A DNA stretch of 64,000 nt. Source: the human T2T-CHM13v2.0 reference genome, Homo sapiens. The notes under the pieces were generated by a model that saw only the letters and a list, made by a program, of their open reading frames with translations, had not been told where the DNA came from and searched no databases. Below, piece by piece: positions 37,472-53,093 of the stretch. Within the stretch, counting starts at the first letter, position 1. Each line of letters opens with the position of its first letter. Made by a program: the position numbers and the translations under genes. The stretch lies in assembly GCF_009914755.1 (NCBI RefSeq), contig NC_060935.1; one strand, given 5' to 3'.

Positions 37472-40400
37472 TTCGGTTGGCAACTTTCCTTTACATTGAG
37501 ATTTTCTGAAGACCAGGCTTGTAGGTCAATATATTTAATAGAATATACTCACTGTTGCTGGAGTGTTTAATGTCTGAAAGGATTTTTGTGGAGGAATGCT
37601 TATTACTTTTGTCACATTTTAAAGCTAAAATATTTTATATCTACCAGGCTTTATTTATCTAAAAATATAAATATTCATTATACAACTAATATTTCAAAAT
37701 TAATATATTTAATCGACTGAGATAATGATTAAAGCATATTTAATCCAATTTTGTTAAACATTTATTAAATATTGAATATGAGTCTTAAATTTATTAAATG
37801 TTTTAAAATCAGACTAAATTTATAAATCGTCAAAATGATTGCAAAACTTTTCACTGATACAGTACTTATAATTCCACTTTGTAGCTATTCTTGAGGCATA
37901 TTTGCATATGTTACTCAGTTTATAATAGTTTTATTGAATACTTATTTTTACCTTTTACACTTTAATTTTATCATATGTTGTAAAATACCTTTTTAGATTA
38001 TTTTTATGCTGGGCTAGTGCTATCAGGATCTTCTAAAGTCAAACATGAAGGAGGACTGTATTACCCAATTCAAAGTCTATTTTTGAGGTACCAACCAAAT
38101 GAGTTTTGATTGCCTCTTTCAAATTCGAGATCTGTTTAACAGACCAGTTCACTTTGGTGATTAACCATTATTATTGTTATATCAATGATACTTTCTAAAT
38201 CTTCACCTTTTACTTTTTGCCTTTTAAAATTTGACAACTTTGCTTGAAATTGTGTGATTCTATAACTTGTTGAACAGTGTTTAATAAACGTAGGATGGGG
38301 CTCTCCTAATTATATTCATAAAAAAGGTACTAATTTGTATTTTATAATAGGTATATACTTAATTGAAGAATTAAGTTATCCATATACTAACATAATATCA
38401 AATTATCCATATACTAACAATTATTATACATATTTATTGTGATAAGATAAATATTAAATATAATAAAATGTAAAGATATATCATCGAAGTTTTCTTTCTT
38501 TTGCATGAAAATTACATATTTTCAAAGAAAACTTTGATTTTTAGTATCATTAAAGTCACATGGCTTTTTGCAGATTCAACATATATATATATATGCATAA
38601 TTAGTATATATATACACATATGCATAATTAGTATACTGACACTCCCTTAATGCTAGGAGTACTCTTATTAACCAGAAATATATTTTAAAATGTTCTGCCT
38701 TTCCACTAATAACAGCTTGCCTTCCTGCTCCCAACCCCTTGTCAGGCATAGATTTACCTGCTTTTCAATGAGTGTAATGTCATAGAGACTAAAATCTAGG
38801 TGCTGCAGGTGCATATTAGATAGCACCAAATAAGTTCTGGTGGTAGGTAGGATAACATTATTGCTAAACCAGATAGTAAAAAATATTTTTTAAAAATAGG
38901 TTTTGAATGTCTCAAGCTCACATTGACAGCTTGTATTTACTGAATGCTTTTGTTGCAGACGATGCTCTGTTTCAAATACATTAACTCATTTTATCCTCAT
39001 AACCAACATACGATTTGTTCATGTTGTAAAATGTAAATTCATTTTTCAGATGATAACTCTAATTTAACCCTAATAGTACTCAATCTTTCCCTATTCCAGT
39101 ATAAATGTGTATTGGATTTCTTTTTTGACTTAGCCAATTTGACTTCAGAAGTTCTTTTTCTAAACTTTAATTAAATTGGAATCTTTTTAAAAATCTTACA
39201 TGCTTGCTTCCTCAGTCATCATTTTAGAATTTATTAACACCTATGTAACAAAAATTAATATTAGTAATGAAAATAAGCATGCAATCATAGTGTTCTGCAT
39301 TTCTTCTCATTGTTCAGATTTAGTTTAAAACCACTTATTTAATTTTCCTTACAGAAGTTTAACAGTTTAGGAGACATTGAGTTTCTTTCCAGATCTGGAA
39401 TTTTGGGCTTATAGTAATTTTGATGTGTAATCACTCTTTCTTACTAACATATTTTTTCTTTTAATAAAACCTTTTCCTCATAATTTATTTATTGAATAAC
39501 ATACAGTGAGGACCTAGAAAGCTACATTTTCTAAATGAATTTGAGACAGGACAAAGATAACTGCAGCTATTGTCAAAAGCTGATATCATCATAGGTCCTA
39601 GCTTTCGCAGAAAATGATGACAAGGAACTGAGTATTGACACCTTTTATTAATATCTGGTGATGTAGCAAAAATAAAATTATATATAGCATTTGGAAAAAT
39701 TAAGCAAGTATAAAGCAAATTAAATTGTTTTTAAAGTTTCATTTCTATTCATTTGTCACCCAATATATTTACAAATATGAAATAGCAAATGTATGCTTGT
39801 ATAATAATGTTACTTTATTAACATATTTAATGTTTACCTCTTTCGAAAGGTGATTTTTTTTTACTTGCTGTGTAAGATATATGCTCAAGATACATGTGTA
39901 ATAAAGTAAATATAGTCCTAGGAAAAAATGTACCTTATAACAGGTCAAGGTAGTACAGACCATAAAGTGAAACAAATATTTCCCTGGTGGTCAGAGCAAA
40001 AGAAAGAAAGAAAAACATGTAAAGGAATCTAACAGAATCTATTTCCCCTGCACACCCAACACTTCCTCAAAGAAACAAATCTACTCTTGACAAATTTTCA
40101 TAAAAATTTTTTGTTTGAGGCTTTTTATTGCAACCCCTACAGCATCCCTACTTCAATTCAATAGCAAGTTTAATTAGCTTGACATAAAGCCAAAAATTTC
40201 CTTAACCGGAACTAGAATTTAATCATGAAGCCATTCACTTTATTCACTGATTAATTTTTTTTTCTAATTTTGATTTGGACAACTAACAGATTTGAGCAGC
40301 TGCTCTGTAGTGGTTCATCCACCCCCAACCTGCCTCATGGGCTTAAATGTCTACCCATGAGGAACTTCATTTTAAATTCTCCCTAAATAAATATTTATAT

Positions 40401-41597
40401 ATAAACATGGTTCAGCTTAGTTAGTGTTAACACTTAGTTTAGCATTAATAAACCTAACCCTCACAAGGGTGTAGTAAAAATTAATGAGGTGGAGAAGCTG
40501 TGTTAGTGAACTGGTTTTTAAGGTTAAAATTAAAAACATAAGCACAAAGCTGGAGTGATTTCCTAGGGATGATTATTACTGATTATCAATGAGATTATTT
40601 TTGACAAAAGATATTTTATTCCTGAAGCTTATGTTTGTCATGAGGATAATTTCCTCAGCTACTGTAGTGATTTCTCTTCAGTGACAAGCAAGAATACACC
40701 ATATAAAACTTTGTCACTCTCACACTTTGCAAACATCCTTCAGAAATCCAAAGCTCGTAGCAGTTTCTCCACAGTTGGGATTTTTAGAAATAATTGATGC
40801 CAGAAAGTCAAACATATAATGAATCAGGAATAAAATCTCCTTATGCTGTCTCTTACTTCAAAAATACCTTTATATGCAATTCTTGGTAAATTGATAGTTC
40901 CTATCTAAATTTGAACATACTGCTTTTCAGCGCATTTAGTGATTTAGATCCAGAATATTCCATTAGTTTTCCTTGAAGCAGTTGATTAAAATAACCTACT
41001 TAACTCTTTGAGAGATTATATGACTTTTTAGGCTTTGGATTTAAGCCCTTTAATTTAACCTTTCATTTTCATATAAAACTCAAAAATTACTTCTCTGGCT
41101 TTTTTCATAACTTTTTCTCCTAAGGTAAAATTGACCTTAGAGTTTAAAGCCACATTTTACTAGTAGTGTTTAATACCTAATAAAATGATTTGAATAATCC
41201 CAAACTCCACAGTATATGCAAAGCTTTATTTCATTAGTCTCTGAGGCTTAGCCTATAATAACTTTATTAAATCATTTGAATATTAATCTGAATGAGTCAG
41301 ATTGACATGGATGAATTTACTAGTTGTAAAATTATTAGATGTTATTACAAAATAAATTAGTGTTTGTAACTTTATCTTCCATATACAAATGACTCTTTTT
41401 TTAAGGAAATCACAACTCACAATAAAATAATGTTTAAGTGTTTCTTTAAAAGTATAATTACTTTGGTCATAATAGATACAGTAACTGTGAGTGTGTAATC
41501 CCTTGGCAAAATACAGTATGGATTATTGGATTAAGTTCAGAGGAAACAATTTAAAAATCAAAAATACATAATTTTATGATTTACTTTAAAATACTGT

Positions 41598-41713
41598 ATA
41601 GATGGTGTCTAGCTATTTGCCCAGGCTGGTCTTGAGCTCGTGGTTTCAAGTGATCCTCTTGCCTCAATCTTCCAAAATGCTGGGATTAGAGGCATGAGCC
41701 AAGATACCCAGCC
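41598..41713 (-). mobile_element. FLAM Alu monomer
   Basis: ttgcccaggctggtcttgagctc...gctgggattagaggcatgagcc. Confidence 0.8.
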
Positions 41714-42611
41714 TAATTTTATACTTTTAAAGCAAATTATGAAGAGTGAATAAAAGTTGAAATCTGTTTTAGACTACCCTCACACTCTTATTTCTTTTAC
41801 ATAAATCATAAATTTGCAAGTTTTTTTAATTCAAGTACAACCAAACAGGTACTTTCATTATGTATGAAAATCATGAATAACTCTGTCTTTATGTGACAGA
41901 TGACCTGCAACAAAATGGTTCCATTTTCCTGGCTTGGCACAGGGTATATTTTATCATAGTGCTCTTTTGTTTTGCTTTTAGGAATTCACAAAGTCAGTTC
42001 TTCATTCAAGTTGTAAAGTAACAAGGATCAGGGACTGTATACATCTTCTGACCTTTAATGCTCAAGCACATTTACTTAATTAATTGTCCTTAATCCTTAG
42101 TAGAGTGTTTGTGGAGACCTTTCCCAAGCATAGGAGATTCCAAAGCACTAAAGAACAATAGACATTTTAAATTTCACTTAATTGTGTCAGGTTAACATGA
42201 TAAAATAGCAACATATCATGATAAAACAGCAAAATATCAGGATGACTTATGATCTTCTTGAGTATAAAGACACCAATATAGTACAAAAAAGTATCAACAA
42301 AGGGGCAGTATAAATAAAGGGGCAGATAGAGACTATTCTAAGATCATTTCATTCCACAGTAAAATATTTCACTGAGGGACAAGTCAGAACAGAATATGTA
42401 GTACCCCGGAGATCTTGCAGACTTAATTACACCTGAGTCAAAGAAACAACAATTATTATGCATTGACTTTATTCCACACCAAGTGCTAAATGTTGCTATG
42501 TTTCATGTGTAACGAATAGATAGACGGATAATTGATACTTACATAGATATACATAGAGCTATAGATGTGTGTGTGAATATATATATGTAGCAGGTATGTG
42601 TGTATATGTAA

Positions 42612-42915
<304 letters not shown>

Positions 42916-44263
42916 TTTATATATATTTTAAAATAACATGGTAATAGTAAAATTTATTGAACATTTAAATTGTAGGCCAACTGCTAAACATATTTGATGC
43001 ACCACCACCCCCTTTAATCCTCACATCAATTTGATGAAGGAAGTTCTATTATTGACCTAATGTATAAGTGGAGAAAAAAAAAATGAAGCTGAGGGAAGTC
43101 AAGGTATTTCTTCAGCCACACAGCTAGTAAGTAATAAAACAGTAGCTCCAAATCAAATCTAACATCAAACTTCCTACTTAAAATCTTTATAATACTGCCT
43201 TGTTCAACTCAAAACATACTTTGCATTACATTTTTGTTTTGCATGTCTGTAATTAATGTATGCATGTAGAATTTACTCATTATCTGATCCCTCTAGGACA
43301 TTGTTCTGGGTGTTAGCCTATAGTGAGCAATGGACATATTAATAGTGCTTGAGGCTAGCAAAATCAGTACAAACCATTCTATTTCATATAAATTTCCTTG
43401 CCTACCTGGAATACCTGACCACTTTTTCTATTTCCTAACATTTTTCTTCTTTACTCCAGCCCCACTATACTCCCTCTGTATTGCTTATTGGAATTATCTA
43501 TGCAAAACACAATTCTGACTAGGTTACCCCTACATAAATCTTTGATGGCTTACATTAATTGCATGGAAGTTTGTAATTTGCCCTACGGGTATACAGAGGA
43601 CACCAAAGAATAAGAATGTTGCCTTAGGAATATGTATCCAGAGAACTCTGTAGGGAAAGTCACATTAGGAGGTCATTTTAATATTCCAGGTAAAAAGGGC
43701 TTGAATTCTCCCTCTGTGGGAGGCTTGAAAATAAACGAGAATTTGTAAGTGAATGAATAGGTGGTGGTGGGAGTATAAAAACATATGGAGGAGTTAGAAT
43801 GACATCAAGATTCTGAGCTTGATCAATTCTATTGAACAATTTATAATGCCAGTACATAATCAAGTCACACAGATAAGGAATGTAGGTTTCTGGGAGAATA
43901 AGTAAGTTTAGTCTGAGATAGATTTATTCTGACTTTCAGGAGAAAATACCCAACATTTAAAAATATTTGTTGGTGCTCAGGAAAGGCAGATGGGAACTGG
44001 CCACAAAACATGTTGAGAGACTCAATAAAACCATGGAAATGTTTCACCAACGAGAATTTGTGCTAGGAAAAAAGACAACAGACCTAAACTTCAGGAATAT
44101 ATGTGTTTCTCTCACAGAGACAAAATAAAGGTAGAAAGAAAGAAGCTAGTGAAAGAGAGAAGAAAGGATGATGCAATAAAATAGAGTATAATACAAATGA
44201 TGTTCAAAGTTTAAAGTGGGGACTGATATCACATGCTAAAGTAACTCTCAAAAAAGACCTTTG

Positions 44264-44576
44264 GGCCAGGTGCTGTGGCTCACACCTCTAGTTGCAGCAC
44301 TTTGAGAGGCTGAGGCAGGAAGATCACTTGAGGCTAGGAGTTCAAGACCAGCCTGGGCAATATGGCAAGCCCTCATCTCTACCAAAAGTACAAAAATCAG
44401 CCAGACGTGGCAGTTTGTGACTATGGTCCCAGTTACTTGGGAGGCTAAGGTGGGATGATCTGTTGAGCCCGGGAGTACTAGGTGAGCTATGATCACTCTA
44501 CTGCACTGTAGCCTGTGCAGTAGAGTGAACTCTTTCTCAGAAAAACAAAAGCAAACAAACAACAACAACAACAAAA
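44264..44576 (+). mobile_element. AluJ with (CAA)n tail
   Basis: Diverged full dimer. Confidence 0.88.
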
Positions 44577-46224
44577 CTTTGGGTTTTGAGACCTTTAAAG
44601 GCCAAGTTCAGTATGATAGAAACAGAAATCATAATCCAAGGCAAACCATTTTCCAGCTTTCTCTGTAATTATGAGGCTATCCTAAACTCTATATAGTCCT
44701 CAAATTAAAGTACTAGGTATCATAATGAATATTGATTTTGGCCATAACAGGAATGAAGATGTGAACAACACAGCTTCATGGACATGACATGAGACTGAAA
44801 CCATGGTGGTCTTTAGTAGTAGAAAGAAGAGAGTCCATCTAGAGGATGAGGCTGAAATTAGAAAACAGAGTCTAATTAGTGAAATGAATTTCTCCTTTCC
44901 AAGTAAGGTATCTAGATCCTCTAGATTTTCTTCTTCCAGGGAAATATTCTGCCATATGGAATATAGTCAGCATTGTAAATATTATGTCAAACTAGAAAAA
45001 TTTAGAGTCTGCACTCTCACATCTTGACCTATAAGCTTAAACTAAGTAAACCATTTTTATATCAGCCAGGAAGGTATACAATTTCTAGAAATATTTTCTT
45101 CATTCTTTAGAACTAATTTTCATTTCATATCCTTAGAATTTTTTTCAATAAAATACAACTATTATCATAATAAAACTAGAAACCAATATACTCTTTCCAT
45201 AATTCTCTAACATCCAGTGAAAAAGTCTCATGATGGTTAGGCTAAACTGATAATTTTCCCATTTTAAAAAATGCAGAGAGAAGTAAGAGGATAACAATTC
45301 TTTCTAAGAAGGCTCACTAATTACCTACGTGTTGTGCAGAAGGGCTTTAGCACCTGTGAATTCATGGCCTCAGTTCCTAGGTGAGCTTTCTGCAGTGTTC
45401 TGTTTTGTTTTTGTTTTGAGTCTAATTCAGTATTTTGGGCAATTTCTAGGGCTACAGCTGGAATTTCTCCCGGTAAATTCTAACAAGTCATCTTCTGCTT
45501 TTTACAGAGCTTTTTTAAAGTTCAAGTCCTCTTCAGCTAACTGCAGTGTCAGCCTTGGTTCAAATTATAAATGATGCTGTATGAGTCTGTGTAGAGAGGC
45601 TCAGATTAGATACACCTTATCTTTCACAACTTTCTTAGAATACCCTCAGACAGTGGACTTTCAATCTATTCTACAAGAAGTTGTTTAAAATGGTACCCCT
45701 GGAAGTTATGTTTGTGGTGCCTATAGTCTAAGTGTAGCCTCAGATGTGATCAGAGTAACTTCTGTATGCCAGAGAGATGTTCTGCTCATTCCATGGGACT
45801 TAAGGGGCAAGTATGGAGTAGCACTGTGCACTTTATTCTTGAATCTGTTGGAAGACTAAATAGTTTGAGAACACATTGATCACATAGTGTTCTTTGGGTA
45901 GGAAAAGCTAAAACAATGAAAAATATTAGCTCTTTGTCTAAATCTATTCATATCCATAGGGACAGGGTTAATGGCTTATGAAATGGTTACCATACCCCAA
46001 TAAAGTTCACACTCCTACAAATGGCCTCAAGACCATTTATTATTTGGACTCTGTCATTTTTCCAGATTTCTCTATAATTATTAGGCTGTCGTAAACTATA
46101 TATATAGTCCTAAAAGTATTTCATGCTCATTTATGATATCATGTCTTTATATCATGTTTTCTCTGCCTGCTGGGCAACTGTTCAATAACCCACGTCTCTC
46201 TGACTGTCTTCCTCTCCCTGTTAC

Positions 46225-46360
46225 TCCCTCCCTCCTTCCCTCCTTCCCTCTCTCTCTATCTATCTCTATCTCCCTCTCTCTCTCCCTCCCTCCCTCTCTC
46301 CCTCCCTCCCTCTCTTCCTCTCTCTCTGTCTCTGTCTTTCTGTCTGTCTCTCCCTTTGTC
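46225..46360. repeat. CT-rich simple repeat
   Basis: Directly visible. Confidence 0.9.
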
Positions 46361-48589
46361 TCATATGATTCCTTTATTTATTTCTGGTGACATTTCATTA
46401 CAACTATTTAAAACAATGGCTGAAGCCATTCCAAGCACACCACTGACTTTATTAGACTATAAACTCATTGAGGGCAGATTTCATGTCTTTTTTATTTCTT
46501 TATTTTAGTTTAATAACCTACCTCTAACATGTAAGATCATAGTCAACACTTGGTGAATGCTGGCGTGATAAGTGAATTAATAAAATATCCTCCAGTACCA
46601 CAGTAGCCACTACCCTCAAAAAGAATTCCCTTATGACACCTATGAGAAGAATGATTTCTTAGGAGGAACATACAGAGCCATCTTTAACAATTGCAATAGA
46701 GAATCAAATCATACAATTTATGCAGAAATACTTCATCGATTATAAGGCCCCCAAATAGATGATAGTCAAATAATTGCTACATTGAAAATGAATATTAATA
46801 ACTATGTTGAATAGAATTAATGTTAATATCAATACAAATGTTAATAACCATTTTAATGCAGTAATAATATTTGTACTCATAATTTTGCATACTATTGGTA
46901 ATATCTTACATATCATATTCGATGTCTGAAGCAAACTAAGATACCCCCGAAAAATATAGGAAAGTTACCTTTTTAAAAAAACTGATTTTAGATGTGATCC
47001 TAAGTGCAGAGAGAAGAAAACTCTCTGACTTTCCTTTTTAAATATAGTTCTATAATTCTAGCAATATCTCTTTATTGATCTCCGTGGCAATAAAAGTTTC
47101 CTGTCCGTTTCATAGTGTCATTGGGTTGTAAACTTAGGATATAGTGACAGAATTTATCAAACCAAGCAACAAAACGTGTTAAGTTTTTTGAAAATGTATG
47201 TGCAAATGTTATTCTGTTTGAATTGCCAGTGCTTAAAGTGTCTACCCAGTGCCACTGCCATAATTCATGTCAAAATATCCAGAAAAAAAAAAGTTACCTC
47301 TTTCAGTCAGTTTTTTAAAGATCTTGTTTTCCAGGCAATTATAAGAAAAAAATGAAAGTGTTTATGTCACGCCTCTTAATAGGTGGATGAATTTAGAGAA
47401 TTGTCTTTCCTAGCTCACAGGAAATTAAATAGCATTTTCAAAGGATCACATCTGTCACAACAGAATAACCAAAAATGTGTCTATAAACTGTCAGTAAAGA
47501 GCATCACGAGGTCATTTATATCAATTCTGTTTTCATAAACATAGTAAATCATCCACCTAAGAAATCACAACCATTACAGACTTATTTAAATTATAATTCA
47601 TGGAATTTTTGAACAGTCATTAAATTACCAAAATAAAAAATTGTATAATGTCTGGTATGGAACTAGGATGTTTATTAAACAAAATCTCTATGTCTCTGTG
47701 CACCAATATGCAAGCAGGCCTAGTAACTTGACCTCTATTTTCTAAATTCCATTATAAGAATACTAACAGTTGAAAAAGCTATCAATGTTTCCCTATCCTC
47801 CATTTATTTAAAACCCTCATGAAAAATAGAATAAATGTGCTTGCCTTTAGAAAGTATTCTGTGGCAGAAGTTTTATTCATCTAATTTAGTGATATTTTGT
47901 TTTCTAGAGTTTTTTTGAAGTTATTTCTTAAGATGTTATAAAAATATTTTAATTGATTTACCTCATTTTAGAAATGAAAAAAAAAGGCTTTGCTCATAAA
48001 ATAGAAGCTACAATAAAATATTATTACCAACTTGCACAATTTTTAAAAATGTCAGACATTTAGATTAAATTTAAACATTAATGACAATGCTAATAATAAT
48101 TGCTAAGATTTATTAAGTGATTATTATGTTCTAGACACTCAGGTGAATGTTTTGCATTTACCTTCATTTTGAACTTCAAAAAATCCTACAAATTAGGCAT
48201 TATTTACATTTCTAAACATTTTGAACATTAGGAAACTGTGCCTGAAGGAGGTAACCAACTTGCTCAAAGTAGCATAGTTAAATGGAGATGAAACAAACAT
48301 TTATCTTTCTTTACCTGACTCTGTGTCTAGATCTCTTAAGAAACTAAAAGATAAAATCTCCTAATGTTTGTAGATGTTATGCATGTGATTGATCTCTAAA
48401 TCATCTGAACCATCCTGAGATTATGCTTAGTATTCTCACAATCTCTAATTTTGAGATCAGACTATTGAACTGAAAAGGATCATATATCCTCTTTATGGTC
48501 ACACGGCTCAGATTACTGAACTTAACTTATGTAATATATCTGATGTACATATGCACATTTAGGCCATCCTTTTTTATTTTCAATTGATT

Positions 48590-50605
48590 ATTTTTATTTT
48601 CTCCCAACTCTTATTTTAGATTCAGTGGTTTATGTGCAGGTTTGTTACCTGGGTACATTGCATGATGCTGAGGTTTGGGTTACGGGTGGTCCCATCACCC
48701 AGTTACTTAGCATGGAACCCAGTAGTTAGTTTCTCAGCCTTCCCCCCAACCCCACTTAATAGTTTCTAGTTTCTGTTTTTGCCCTCTTTGTATCCACATG
48801 TACCCATTATTTATCTCGTACTTACAGGTGAGAACGTGTGGTATTTGATTTTCTGTTCCTGCATTAATTTGCTTAGGATAATGGCCTCCAGCTGCATCCA
48901 TGTTGCTTCAAAGACATCTTTCATTCTTTTTTATAGTTATGTAGTATTCCATAGTATATGTGTACCATATTTCTTTATCCACTCCACTGTTGATGGGCAC
49001 CTAGGTTGATTCCACGTCTTTGCTATTGTGAATAGTGCTTCAGTGAACATGTGAGTGCATGGGTCTTTTTGGTAGAACTGTTTGTTTTATTTTGGTTATA
49101 TACCCAGTAATGAGATTGCTGGGTAGAATGGTAATTCTAAGTTCTTTGAGAAATCTCTAAACTACTTTCCTCAGTGGCTGAATGGATTTACATTCCCATC
49201 AACAGTGTACAAGTTGTTTTCTTTTCTCAAAAGTCTCGCCAACATCTGTTGTTTTTGATATTTTAGTAATAGCCATTCTGACTGGTGTGAGATGGTATTT
49301 CATTGTGATTTTGATTTGCATTTCTCTGATGATTAGTGATGTGGAGTACTTCTTCCATATGTTTATTGGCTGCTTGTTTGTATTCTTTTGAGAAATGTCT
49401 GTTCATGTATTTCACTCATTTTTAATGGGGTTATAGATTCTGAATATTAGGCCTTTGTCTGAGGTGTAGTATACAGATATTTTCTCTGACTCTGTAGGTT
49501 TTCTACTCTTTTGACAGTTTCTTTTTTTTTGTTGAGGATTTTTAGTTTAGTTAGGTGTAACTTGTCAATTTTAGCTTATGTTGCATTTGCTTTTGAGGAC
49601 TTAATCATAAATTCTTTCCTGAGGACAGTGTCCAGAATGGTGTTTCATAGGTTTTCTTTTAGGATTCTTATAGCTATAGGTCTTACATTTAAGTCTTTAA
49701 TCTTTCTTGAGTTGTTGTTTGTATATGGTGAAATGTAGAGGTCCAATTTCATTCTTCTGCCTATAGCTAGACAGTTATCCCAGCATCATTTATTGGTTAG
49801 TAAATCCTTTCCTCATTGCTTAATTTTGTCAACTTTGTTGAAGATCTGATGGCTGTGGATGTGCAGCTTTATTTCTGTGTTCTCTATTCTGTTCCATTGG
49901 TCTGATTTTGTACCAGTACCATGCTGTTTGGTTACCATAGCCTTATAGTGTAGTTTGAAGTCAAGTACTGTGATACCTCCAGCTTTGTTATTTTTGCTCA
50001 GGATTGCTTCGGCTATTTGAATGTTTTTCTTGTTGTTGTTACATATGAATTTTAGAATTTTTTTTTAGTTATGTGAAAAATGATACCAATAGTTTGATAG
50101 GAATAGTGTTGAATCTGTAGATTACTTTGGGCAGTGTGGGCATTTTAATGATATTGATTCTTCTATTCCATTAACATGGAATATGTCTTCATTTTTTTTT
50201 TTTTTTTTTTTTTTGAGACGGAGTCTCGCTCTGTCGCCCAGGCTGGAGTGCAGTGGCGCAATCTCATCTCACTGCAAACTGCGCCTCCCAGGTTCACGCC
50301 ATTCTCTGGCCTCAGCCTCCTGAGTAGGTAGGACTACAGGTGCCAACCACCAAGCCTGGCTAATTTTTTTTGCATTTTTAGTACAGACAGGGTTCCACTG
50401 TATTAGCCAGGATGGTCTCAATCTCCTGACCTCGTGATCCGCCAGCCTCAGCCTCCCAAAGTGTTGGGATTACAGGCGTGAGCCACCACACCTGGCCCTT
50501 CATTTGTTTATGTCATCTGGAGATTTCTATCAGCAGTGTTGCATAGTTCTCCTTGGAGAGATCTTTCACCTTCTTGGTTAGATGTATTCCGAAGTATTTT
50601 TTGTA
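48590..50605 (-). mobile_element. L1PA15/16-like 3' fragment interrupted by an AluY
   Basis: ttattttagattcag...gtgcaggtttgttac...gatgctgaggtttggg 3'UTR, followed by antisense ORF2 sequence. Confidence 0.9.
50192..50497 (-). mobile_element. AluY inserted in L1
   Basis: ggttcacgccattctc and gacctcgtgatcc; TSD cttcattt at 50187-50194 and 50498-50505. Confidence 0.93.
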
Positions 50606-50911
50606 GGTCATGCTTTCTTAAAATCTATTCAACAGTGTATTCACACAAGGCTGGTGGTAAACTTAAGCACACTGATTATGCCGATACAATGATACAAAGA
50701 GAAGATGCATGCCAACTTTCATGCATGACTTTCATTTGAATTTTTTTTTCCAATAATTCAAGCAATATGTAGTTTCATATTATGTTGAGGACTTCATATT
50801 GGTTTTATTATGTGTAGGTAAAACTCAAAATAGTCCTAATTACAGGTGATATAAAATAAATAGAATTCATGTAATTTGACTATAAATATTATCAGGTCAT
50901 ACATGATTAAG

Positions 50912-51243
50912 GGGAACATCAAGACTGTGGAAGTCTCAGTAATGAAGTCGCAGTAATGTAATTTAACTTGGTTTTAGCTTCTAAAATAAGCACAATCCAG
51001 CCTATTGTGATTGTTGTACTCACCTTAAAAGAAGGCTTACCTTTAGAAATTAGGGATATTCAAATATTCTACTTTACTTCAAACTATTTTCTAGCATCAA
51101 AAATTTATACCTACTGTTGTTGTGAGCATAAACTAAAATAAATTGAATACCTAGTAATAAGTATTTTTCTAATTTCACAGTTAAAGTTTAGAAGCCAAGC
51201 TTTAACTGTAATTCAAACTTTATTATCTGAGCTTTCAAAATTT
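50912..51243 (+). repeat. Dispersed direct repeat of about 330 bp, copy 1 (partner 52762-53093)
   Basis: Both copies begin gggaacatcaagactgtg, share acctttagaaattagggatattcaaatattctacttta, and end atctgagctttcaaaa. Confidence 0.95.
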
Positions 51244-52761
51244 AGGAATACTAGAAATATAAAATTTATAATCTTAATCTAATTACATACAATATTTTTT
51301 CCAGCATAACTTGTATGCTATAGTAAATATGGATAAGACTAAATGAATATTTAAATACAAAACATACAAATTAACTGTCAACCTAACCATGTTTACAACC
51401 CTGGCATCTCTGCATCATATTTAATATGATACTTCCTTTCATGTTGCTAAATACATTTCAGCATGACAACTAGCTAAGGGCAAATAAAATTTAATAATAC
51501 ATTCACTTTTACATGATCTTTTGAACTTGAAACTTTGTCCTTGCCCAGGGTCCATTGAAACTCTTCGGCCACAAAGCGATATCCTTCATCTTCGCTTATA
51601 ACAGATGTTTTTTTTCCCTGGATTCTGACATGGAGACAAATTACCATCTTCCTATATAACTATAAAACAGAATTGCTTTTCTCATTCATGGATTATGTGG
51701 ACTTTGTAGGCCTGTCTCATTTCCAAAATGCACAGTATTGTACAAAGGAGTAGAAAAAACAACAAAACAGCCATGTATGCTGTACTAACTCCTATACTAA
51801 AATCTGACTTTGTTGTCTATTTCTTATAAAATTCAATTAAAATATATTTTTTATTTAGTTTATAAAGTAATTACTGATTAATTATTAATTATATCTAATT
51901 TTTCAAATGGTAAATCACTGGTAAACAATGACAGGAAAAACACAAGGCCAACCAGTGATTCATCATTTACATTTGAAAGGATCTTAGTAAGAGAAAAGCA
52001 GCTCATTGGATATTTAATTCTTGCATAAATATAATAGCTCATTAGAGAAACTTTCACCTACTAAAACCTCATTTAATAAATGAGATGATTTTTCTCAATG
52101 GCTTAATAAAGGCATGTAACCTTCATTAATTTACATTAATGATGATAAATTGTGAGAAGTCGATCTGGGGAAGTGTATATATATGTGTGTGTTTGGTTGA
52201 GAGGTGGCTTTGATTACACTAAAAAGTATAAATAGCAATCTAGGTCATCAACTTGTATTGCTTTATTATAAAATATTAATCATAATAAACTTTAGAAATT
52301 AACATTAGCTCAAGCAAAAACTGAGGATTAGTTTGCTGTTGGCCTTCTGTTGTGTTAGAGAAAATAATATCTATCCTATTTATGGCCTCTCTCCTAGTGA
52401 AGAGTAAAATAGAAAATACGTGAGTTGCTCTTTCTTCCGTCAAACTGGAGCCCAATATAATGAAAGAGATGGAAAAAAGCAGATGCTTTTCTCTCCATAG
52501 AAGGACAAAGTCAATGAGAGATAATATAGAATGGGAAGTAGACAAACTGGTTAGTATAGTCGTAGGACACAATGGAGTAGAGATTTTCAGGTAGGAGGAT
52601 TTGCCAGTCACGTCAAATTCAGCTAATTTGCAGGGAAAAGGGATAAAGGAGCAACATTTGTCAATTAATAGAGCACGGTTGTATATAAAAGTAGCACTTC
52701 CATTACAGGAATGAGGTAGAAGTATCTAGGATGTGAGGAAGTGAATATATAGTAAGAAACC

Positions 52762-53093
52762 GGGAACATCAAGACTGTGAAAGTCTCAGTAATGTCATTT
52801 ACCTGGGTTTTGGCTTCCAAAATAAGAACAATTCAGCCTATTGTAATTAATTGTTGTACTCATCTTAAAAGAAGGCCTACCTTTAGAAATTAGGGATATT
52901 CAAATATTCTACTTTAGTTCAAACTATTTTCTAGCACCTAAAATTTATAGCTACTATTGCTGTTGTTAGCCTAAACTAAAATAAGTTGAATACCTAGCAA
53001 TATTAAGAAGCGTTTTCCTACTTTCACAGTTAATGTTTAGAAAGCAAGCTTTAATTGCAATTCAAATTGTATGATCTGAGCTTTCAAAAATTT
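52762..53093 (+). repeat. Dispersed direct repeat of about 330 bp, copy 2
   Basis: Collinear with 50912-51243, with scattered substitutions and small indels. Confidence 0.95.
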
